From assembly GCA_021613535.1 (NCBI GenBank), contig CP075493.1, positions 8,618,001 to 8,682,000 of the forward strand: a stretch of 64,000 nt of DNA, in the 5' to 3' direction. Shown piece by piece: positions 11,767-22,600 of this stretch; positions within the stretch are counted from its first letter, which is position 1, and each line of letters begins with the position of its first letter. The stretch comes from Adineta vaga. Its lineage: Eukaryota; Animalia; Rotifera. The notes below the pieces were generated by a model. That model was not told the DNA's origin, did not search any database, and saw only the letters and a program-made list of their open reading frames with translations. Position numbers and translations under genes: made by a program.

Positions 11767-12718
11767 TTAAAGTTTTGATGTGAGAGCAGTTTTTGTTGAT
11801 GATCGATTCATTGTACATTGAATATAACCATGAGGATCATCGATTGGCATAAAAATTTCATTTTTATTTTGTTCACCAAAACGAGTTAAATCGACAGGTA
11901 AACAATGAATATTTGGCATTGTTAAATGAATTTTATTGATGGATAGAACACGTTCTAAAACAAATTTACCCATAGCATGAAGAGTATGTTGAACACTTTC
12001 AGAAGCATGTTCAGCAAACATATCAAGCATTAATCCACGAATTTGTTGACGTGTTTTTTCGAAATCATGAATTGATGAAGTATCTTCATAATTCCATTTG
12101 GCTTGAATAGCCGTGCCGAACAGACGATCCGTCGCATCAGGTAACGTTGTTAATGAATCGCGATAAAAATTCGTAAAATTTGAATTTGCTGTTTTCATTA
12201 CTTTAAGATCTCGAAGACCGGAAATAATGGAAAATGCACCATGTCTTGAACGTTTGACAGCAGTAAAATGTACTTCATTGCTTGATTGTACAAATGATGT
12301 TGGATGACGAGCATTATTTGATGTAACTATATGCGACCATTCTTTACGTTCAACTTTAACTTGAGCACTAGCTATTTGAGCATGATGTTCAATTAGATAA
12401 TTGACAAGTTCTTTAGCAAAATCTTCAATTGCCGTTGCACGTGTTCGTTGAGCAATATAATAAACTTTAAAAGAAAACAAGAAAAAATTGTTTATCTTAT
12501 CATGAAATGAATACGTAAGTTTTACCAGTATTTTTCATTGTATCAGTTGGTAATACTTTGGAATTGTCGGCATCAACATAACTACTAAGAAAATCACCAT
12601 CGATAAGAACACGTACAGTCCATTCATCGAATGTGTTGCCATTGTATGGTGAACGACGTACTCGTACAAGACGAACACCTTCTTTACCATAACGATTTTC
12701 ACCTACACTTGCCATCAT
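11767..12718 (-). CDS. uox: Urate oxidase (cofactor-independent uricase), 2 exons, C-terminal PTS1 (SKL)
   Basis: NRYGKEGVRL, DNSKVLPTDTMKNTVY, GLRDLKVMKT, TTLP.ATDR, SESVQHTL, MPNIH, NEIFMPIDDPHGYI. Intron 12465-12525. Confidence 0.97.
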
Positions 12719-13767
12719 ATGTCTTTTTATTTCTTACTAGAAAAAAGAATGATATGAATATGTTTATTTATATCCAACGCATGCATATGATAGATTTCTT
12801 CTTTTCTCTCTTTCTATTGATAAGATAAAACGAAGAAATAACACGCAATATTTATTCGTTCTGCCCTTTTCTCTAAATAATGACTCGTTTTAAACTATCA
12901 GGTTAGATATACAATAAAATCTTTTTCTCATCATAATCTTAAAAGAATAGAAAAGACAAATTATAACCAGTGAAAATAGCTGTAGATTCGTAGGAAAGAA
13001 AAAAAGTCAATGTACCGAAAATGAATTAAGAAAAACAACATGTTCTAGTTGGCCTACTTACAAAAAAAACTTTAGAAATGCACATAAAGTTCACTTTTAG
13101 ATTAAGAAGAGATATGTTATATAATGGCAGTTGTTTCTTTGACGATAAATCCGAACGTTTGAGACTGAAAATGATCCTAACAAGATCACCCTATATGAGC
13201 TCCATAATTATTCAGTGACAAATGAAAATCAAGGTATTACTCTGATAGAACTACCACTGATTTATTTGAATTAATCAACGACCTACCTATTCGAACATTG
13301 AGTCGAATTACTACGAAATAATATCTTTATTTTGATGTCCTCTATTGTCATTTATGTATCTGTAAAATTACAGATAAAAACACATCATTCATAATGCCTA
13401 AAATTGATATGCTAGAAGATCATTTCGATCTTAATTTCATCATGTTGAAGTATTTTCTTGGTCAGATTATAAGTAGAGTAGGACAACAAGAAAGAACCTA
13501 GCGAACTCCAAGTTGTTTTATGTTACTTTACCAGTTGAATATTGAATTTATCTTTTATCTAACCCTCATTCATACCTACCTTTAAATATAAGATATTGCT
13601 GGCTTTTTTATAATTCCGAGAGAAAATAGTTTAGTACTATATGAAATTTGATTTGATGTTTTTGCGCATAATTAGTGATAGAATCACGGATTCTATTCGA
13701 AAAATACTTCATCAATACACTTGTGTACTTATGAAATAAAAAATAATGTTTTAAACTATATTATTTT

Positions 13768-14015
13768 ATGAATGGATTTCATGTGCATTTCAATGATGTT
13801 GATATTATACACGAACATAAGAGCTTCGAAATCCAGCAATCTAAATTAATAGAAAGTTCATTGATTCTGCACATTATTGACAAGAAATTATTATGAGTTA
13901 TGAACATCAAATAGATAAATAGGATTTGTACTAGTTTTGACGTCAATGCACAGATACATATTGGAAAACTTATAAAATTACTGCGTCATTTCAATCATCT
14001 TCGCATACTTAGATA
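13768..14015 (+). pseudogene. Possible decayed LRR-type gene fragment
   Basis: Stop-interrupted frame ending IHIGKLIKLLRHFNHLRILR, reminiscent of rotifer F-box/LRR-like proteins. Weak. Confidence 0.25.
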
Positions 14016-14425
14016 AACTTTATCAATATGAAATTAATGCCGAATCAGATATGTATTTGAAAATAGATCGATAGCAAAACGAAAACAATAAGCACACAAA
14101 TATTGAAAAAAAATGAGGCATTACAATGTCTAATTTCTCATTTGTTTCAGATTTGTGTTGACATTCATTTCATCCTATTTTCTGTTCTTTTTTTTCTTAA
14201 AACACAACAAACAATTTGATTGTTGTAAACCATGTTCTCATCTAAAGAAACATATACAATACCAACGATCATTACGCAAAGATACGAGACGAATGAAAAA
14301 AAGAAAAAAGGAGCACCACATTATTGCACAACAAAACAAGAGAAGAAATTAAAATATTGAAGAAGAAAACGACGAAAAAGATAATAAATACCGGGTAAAA
14401 ACGCAAAATAAAAATGAATAAAGAT

Positions 14426-17400
14426 TCAAGCAACTGATTCGTGTTCACTGTTATTTAAAGACGAAAGGGTGGCGGATTGGGCAATAGAACGTTTGATACT
14501 TGCATTTTGACGATCATATTTTTGAGAATAAAGCCAATCAGTTCTAGAAAAAGTTTTAAAAAATAAAATTGATTATGTTTTTTTTCATAAAACTATACAT
14601 ATGTGAGTACAAAGCAAAATACATACACACACACACAAACACCATAGTTCAGAAAAGAAAAAAAATGAAAAAGCTAATAAGCATTCTCGCAATATTAAAT
14701 GGTAGAAAATAGGCATGCGTGAAATCGATCAGGTATTTTTCATTTCTTGGTACGTTCATATTCCATACTTACAGATTTTAATTAACAGAAAAACCGTAAA
14801 AATCTTCTTCTCGTACGCCGTAAGTCATATCTGAATAAATATGACGAAAAGAATTAATTATACATCCGTCCTGTTCTATCTCTAAGGACGAGAACAATTC
14901 GATCGTTATTGTTTCATATGTGAAAATAACCTTGATTAGTAGATAGAGAGAAAGATAAGAGTCAAACAGAAAAGCATTATTATAGTTATTATTTATTGTC
15001 ATAATTAGGTTAAATCTTTTTATATTCCTCTACCGTTGTTTCTTTTCCTATTGAGTATGATGATTTTGTTTCTTCTCTAAAAGTAAGATATAACAATGTA
15101 AAAAAGAATCCGTATTGTATTCCTATCACCAAGATTTTATACAACAAATAAAAACAAAACCAAAGAGATGACACCGAAAAAAAGAAATCGTTTTTCCCAT
15201 CACAGACAACAGATATGATTATGCTACCTTTTTCTTTCTCTAATTCATTCTTGTGATTAGTTATGAATGAATATTATCTAGAGAAAGAAGAGTTATGTTT
15301 ATTTCTCATTAATATAATCTTTTTCGATGAAACTCAGTAGTAAGTAATCCCTGCAACTTACTGTTCTATTGCAACTGGAATTGAAAGACGATTGTTAGGA
15401 AATTGTCGTTCAAGTTCAGCAATAGTATATACATAATTGATTTTATGATAAAATTTGTTACTAAACAATGAGAAATACATAGACTAATCCAAGAGAGAGT
15501 AATGAGAATGAATTCTACCTAAAGAATGGTCTTGAAAGAGCAATAACAGTACGAAGCCATCGAGTTGGATGTACAACATAGACTGAACGAAGATTTTTAC
15601 GAAGTCTAAATATGATTGAATTTTTTTGTTTAAAAAAATTTTTATATCGAAAAAAAAATTTCCTTACCGAAAATTAACCATTTGATAACATTTACGAAGA
15701 AATTTCAAATCTGGTGTCCGATGTTTTGGTGTAGCACCATGAAAATAAACGAGAATATAATCATTTGTAACTAACTTGTCTAATTTATGATAAACATAAC
15801 TAAAACGAAATGATTGTAACCATGAATGAGAGAAATATAAAAAGAAATGAATTTACTAAAATAATTGGTCCATTATGTATCGATATTCTCTTAGACGATG
15901 ATCAGGTAACCAACAGCCATATATTGCAATGACAGCCGTTTGATGATCTTCTTGTAATGTTCCGGCTGAACTGATGACACATTTGAATGGTGTAATCGTT
16001 TTTGCATCAATATTAATAGGCGTATTATCAATGACACATGCAATCACATCCTGTACTTCATCAGAATCGACACCACTATCATCTTTCGATGTTGAACGAA
16101 GTAGAGCTTGAGAAGAAAAAGAAAAGAGAACTATTTTGATTACGGCATATAGACGGATATGTTAGTTTTTCATTAGAAAATATTGATGGGTAAATGAACG
16201 GAAATGAAGAAACATAGTTTCCTGAAATTGTCTCCATAAAGTAAAGAAATGATTCTTTTCTTTCTTTCTTTCTATTTATTTCAAGCTTGCGCACACGCAC
16301 AAACTAATTTCATTTACATCATTATGAATGAGTTGTTCTTCTCAGTAGAATTGATTAAGAACATATTCTTTTGCTTGTTTCTTGGTTTCATCTATCTTTG
16401 CTTTTCTATTCCTTTCGATTTCTACACCACTTGATTGTTTGTCGGCCGCTCTCTTTTCCCTTAACACTCTTCTATACCCTACGGCGTCACAAGAAGAACT
16501 TAATGTTTATGAACGAAGAAGAAAAGAAAAGAGAAAGCATAAGAGTAGGGATCTACTCATATTTCTAGCCCGTTTTTTGAAGAAGACTACCATGTTCTTT
16601 GTATGATTGAGTAGCGATGCGCTTATTTGAACTGACAAAGACACGCACATACATATATAGATATATATAAATATATTAGATCTTGTTCACAAAGCAAATC
16701 TCATTTTATCATTATTATTTTCCTAACTTAGTCACTATGGACACCAGTGAGGTATAGTTAAACATAGTGATTTTTTTTTCTAGCGGAGATTGATCTTTTT
16801 CTCTTTGCTTTTAGAGAAAAATAATCAATGGTGAACGATTTGAAAGAAGTAATGATAATAGTGCAACATTGAAAAAAACGCTACTACTTGGTTTTACACC
16901 CTTAGTTATTGCGATCGTGTTGTATATTAGCTTAAGTGCATGTATTCATCTATCACGATGTTATGCAAATTGGAAATTGAAAAAACAATTAGAAATTGTG
17001 CGATGTTCAGAGCAATGTTTGATTGTTTCGAATCCATCAATCGACGATTCTGACCAACAATCAACCCCTGAAGTGGTCTGATTTATCATGCAGAACAAAT
17101 ATACATCGATTTATTATCCATCAATGTGAATGTCATCGACTGGAAGACCGAATAGCGACGAGAATATCGCATGCTAAAACCTAATTCTGTTTCTCAGTTG
17201 TAGTAAGAGCTGGATTTGTGTGTTGACGTAGAAATTATCAGCTCAGCTGCAATTCTGTTTCTCGGTCTAATATGTTTTTTGCTGTTGTTGTTGTTGTTGT
17301 TATTATTATTATGATTATGATTATTATTACCATTATTGCCTTTTTTTTTCTTCTCTGCGTTTTCAACACTTCGTTAGGACGATCTAACAGTTTGTCAACT

Positions 17401-19647
17401 CATAGAATCGTCCATTGTATATATGCATGTATGTATATTTCGTTGAAAAGAAATAAAGAACAAAAGCAAACTTCAGCTACAACAATCTTTTCCTGAATGA
17501 TTAATCATCACATTATCAAGAAAGTAACCGTATACTCTGTCGATGATAATGGAATCTTGTTCGCGTCAATGTCTTCGTCGAACATTATATGCTGTTATGA
17601 TTGGAACATCACCTATTGTTCTATGTCTTCTATTAATTGCTATAGCACGATTAATATTACATCAACTTGAAACAACTTGTTTTCGTCGACAAAATTCAAC
17701 TGATCATCGTCGTTCATCTTCAATATTTCATCAAGGTGGACGTCCAACTCTATCATATACTCCTGTATCAACAACAGAATTACAACGAATTATTCAAGGT
17801 AAACAACCAAGTGACTCATCGTCGAGTATTGCAAAAAATGAACATGATTCACCGAGAGCATCCAGATTTATGAAATCAATTTTATCACGGAGTGAACAAT
17901 CACCCAATTCCTCATCAACAAATACGCTTGCCAATTTAGTTATACGTCGAGATGCTCTTGGTACATCACCAATGACAGCATTATTAGTTCCAATGTCTAC
18001 ATATGCAACACCAACGGTTGATATTGTCAATGAAAGAAGTGCTAGACGAGCAAGAGGTATACTTATGAAACAGGATTCAATCGAGAGAGCAACATTACCA
18101 CCAATGCATAATAGGATTCGTACTGTTGAATTTTTCGATATGAATAATTCATTCGATACTGAACAAATTGAATATGATCCAGTATTACCATTGAGAACAA
18201 CGTCAACAAATACTGGAAACTTCACAGTCGACGAACATCTTGACTTTCATTCAGTTCGTTCAGTACCATATTCCTTATATCATGTTAATTAATTTCTCAA
18301 AAGTCAGTTTTTTTTCTTCGTTACACAAAAAGAACGAAAGAAACAACATATCCATTAAAACTAAATCATATTCAAATTTTCTCTTTCACATTACGAGAAT
18401 ATAAAATGTAACGTTAAATATGAACATATTGTATGCATGTCAACTACGTAATAAGAGTGAAAAAAAAGTGAACAGTTATCGGTCAAGGTTTTTCGTTTCA
18501 TCACATTTATGTACGTGCGTACATGCATGTATATATATATATATATATAGATGTATATATACATCTACGTTGAAACTACTTTCAATCGTTTGTATTGACC
18601 ATGACTATTCATTCAAATATGCGTCTTTCTTTTTTGTTCTCTCTACATTCTTTTGTATGGTCAAACGTAACATACATCTGTTTGCAATCTAATGGCCAGT
18701 AGCACTCTTGCTATTCCTATACTTTATCATAAACCTACTCCTTCGATTCGAAAATCAAAACTGGAGGCAACAAAAGTTCGAAGTGAAGATGAATTACTTA
18801 AATTCTTCTTACATGGTTCTTATGATGTTCAACGAGGCAATGTGCACGTAACACAAGTCGAGCAAAGTTCTGATAAAACAATATGTATTAAAGAAGAAAC
18901 CAAAACAATATCCAGTACAGTTACTGATGATTCGAAAAGTAAATCTCGTTGTATGTTTGAAGAAACTTATATGATCAATATCTCTGTCAAGCAACCTGAT
19001 ACGACAGCATTATCAAAACAAATCGATGTACGTATTGAAAAAACACCATCAGATTCTCAAATTGCCAATGAAAAAGTTGATGTTGATGAAATTTCAAGTA
19101 TTTTCGATGAAGATGAACATGAAGAAGTCGAAAGTGTTCTCTTTAATGAAGTTAATTCATCAGCATCTGAAGCACCTTCAACAAACTTAACTTTAGCAGA
19201 TATGATTAGTAAATCTTTAACAACGATTCCCACGCGTTCCGTAGAAAATGTTAATAAGAATAAAAATTGGTATGTAGAAAAACCTGATGAAAGTAAACCG
19301 CGTAAAAGTACTGAAGATATATCTGGAACGAAAGTGACTGAAAAAGTCACGAAAACACCATCACCATCAACATTGATGTCATCAGGTATACGACCAACAG
19401 CTCTAACTACAAATATCAATGAAGATAAAAAACTTTTCGAATATCTTGATTATCTTGATACCAAAGAAGAATCCAAAAAATCGGTCAATGCATCCAGTAT
19501 ATCAACGACAGTAATCAGGAATAGAAACCCGTAGAAAAAAACTGTAACACTCTTTATCTCTATTTTCTTTTTAGACTAAAAGTCCTAAATCAAATTCACC
19601 TGTCCAAAAACATTCAGTAAAACCAACTCAACAACAACAGCAACAGC

Positions 19648-19687
<40 letters not shown>

Positions 19688-22600
19688 TGAACCAATTCCA
19701 ATCATTGATCTTGAACAACTTTGTCGTTCTTTAAATGTTAATGATTTAAAAGATGAATTAATACGCAAAAAAATCTATGAACTTAAAGTTTTAATCGATG
19801 AACGACATAAGAAACAAAAACTTCAAACACCAATAGTTACTCCACGAAAAGATAATCTTCCTGTTCTTATAGCCATGCCACCCTCTGTTCAACAACGACG
19901 AAAAACAACTGTTGTTCAACCAGCTTCTCTACTCAAATCAGAAACAATTGATTTACAAGTACCATACGATTCAACTTATCATGATATTATTTCAAATTAT
20001 AATAACAAACATACATCATCACCTCCAACTCATAAACAACAATATACACGACAACAAATAGCAGCAATAAATGCAGGTCGTAAATATCAACATACCTGAG
20101 TCAAATGATTTCACTCTTTGTATGTCAGTTGTCGTTGTTGTTGGAATAGTCGGAATTATTTCTGCTTCTGTGCGTGAATCTATTTTGTATTGTGCATCTG
20201 TATTCGGTAATATAACTGCGGATTTTAATGGAATGTTGTCAGCTGAAGGATCTAATAAATACAAATATCTTACAGTTTTTTGAGGAAAAACATTCTCTGC
20301 TTTTCTTTCTCTTCTACTTACGCATTTGAGTTTTTGCTGGTGAAGGTAAATTTTCACTTTCAGATGGTAATGTAATTGTTTCCTGAAAAATAGATTTATA
20401 TTTTATGAGTGAAGATCAGACAATCTGTACAAACTTTTGCGTCTCTTTTAGTAACGATAGTATAATTGGATTCTGTTAGATCTGTTTGAAAACTTGGAGT
20501 AATATCATCAATTTCAATATCATTTGAATCACCTTTTGTTGATAATTTTGATTCATCGAAAGTATCGTTAGGTGGCGTTGGGACACGTATATTTTGTACA
20601 CGATCATCAAAACGTACAGCTTTTGAACCTGATTGATCATCGATTTCTTCATTAGAACGTTTTCCTTTAAGTGTTGGTGGATTAAATGAATCTGAAAAGA
20701 AGTTTTGATTTGAATCAAGTTCTTTTGTTGATGAAAACTCGCTATCATCGAATGCAGAAAGTCGAGTAGTTGTCGGTACAGGTGTTAGATTTTCTTCTTT
20801 GTGATCTTCAAGTTCCCATGGTTCATTATCACCAATAGCATTCGATTCAACTGTTTCAAATGATTTATCAACCGATATCCATGGTGCATTGTCATCGGTG
20901 GATTGTTGTGGTGATGACGACGATTGATTAAAATTATCATTGAATTGATTAGGAATACTAGCGAATTTCGAATCGAATTCGGGTGAATGAAGAGGTTGAT
21001 CACTAGCAAATGCTTCGAAATGTGATAAACGTGAGTTATTAGCAAAGAAATCCTCTTGATTGTTGGATTCTCGAAACTAATATTAAAAAAAAACGTGGTC
21101 CTTTGAAAGATAATTAACATGAAATAAAAGTCACATACTGTTATATCTTCTGTACCGTTTGATTCTTCGTCGACGTTTGTATCTGCTGTGGTTACTGCTG
21201 GCGCTGATGATGATGATTCGTTCTAAAAATATATTTATATACAAATTATTCAAGCATAAAAAAAAGAAAAATAATCAAAATCATTGAAATGCAAAATAGC
21301 TAGAAATGATAGAGCGATACATTTTTAATCGATTAACTTCCATACTAAAAAGAAGTGATGATAGGAAGAAGTAATATTAGAAGTCGTCAAATGATATGTG
21401 TATAAATGGAAATCTAAGTTACCTTTCGAAAAGTAAATGAATCATTGAAAGTCGAATTGTCATCTCCACTATCATCTATGACAGGTGCTGTTAATGTATA
21501 CTTCATGAGATCATTAACAGCAGTAGTTGCTTTCATAGAATTAGTTAATATTGATGGTGGAATATAATCACTGAATGTACTTGTTTCATCATCTTCTGTT
21601 TCTTGATTAGTTTTTATTGGATTATTTGTTGAAGAAAATAAATCCACATCATCAAATGTTTTCGAAAACATCATCATTGGATCTTCATTCTTATTCACTT
21701 CTGTTGTTGTAGTTAACCATGGATCAAAATCATGTTTCGTTTCATTGTCAAACAAATTTTCATTTGTTGTATCATCTGGTACTTCGAAATGTTGACTCCA
21801 AACACTATCAAATTTTTGATCAAATGGATCAGGTATTTGTTTATTCGTTGCTTTCGTTTGATCATGCCAACTGATAATTGAAGCAAGATTTTCGGTTGGT
21901 AAAGTTTCATTAATGTCTGATTTTGATTGAATTATATCTTCATCGTGTACTTCAAATATTGCCTGTCCTAATATTTGATCAACTAAATGTTCGACTTGTT
22001 GATTGGATTCATTAACTTCAGTCAAAGCTGTTTGTAAAATATTTGAAACAAGATTTTCAGCAGCTGGTGTTACTTGATTTTCTTCATCTTCTTCATATAA
22101 TATCATGGATTGAGGAGCATGATTTATATTCGGTTGTTCTAACTCATCAATAGGAAATAAATCATGATGAATTGCATTAATCATTGGATTAGCAACAGTA
22201 TGATCGACATGTAATGGTGGTGATGGTATTGGTTCAAATGGTAATGCACACATATGTATATCTTTGATAATACTTTCTAGATTCTGTATTGAAGTAAATT
22301 CAATTCTTGATTCAACAGAATCTAAATGACTAAGAATCCAATCTAAATATTGTTTTAAATCATGATCTTTTTCTTCTTCTCGATTTTCAATGTTGAAAAG
22401 TGAATCCCATGTTAAATTTGAAATTGGTACGTCGATTTTTTGATCGGATGAATTTCTTTTGTCAGTATTATTCACTAAATCATCCCAGGAAAATGTATTT
22501 GGATCAATATCGGTATTTGATTGTATTTCATTATTATTCGATTGTGTTAGATGAGACATTGATTGATTCCATAGTTCATCGAAATTATAATTTGCTAAAG

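Noticed and set aside
8528-12718. Bacterial contamination or a chimeric assembly
   Set aside because: The genes contain GT-AG introns, share host AT content and codon style, and lack Shine-Dalgarno-like leaders.
11368-12718. Spliced uricase-HIUase fusion protein
   Set aside because: No GT near the uricase 3' end gives an in-frame join to the AG before the uraH ATG.
13394-13490. MPKIDMLEDH, resembling a transposase PKxHxLxxH motif
   Set aside because: Too short, lacks the first His, and has no terminal repeats or supporting frame.
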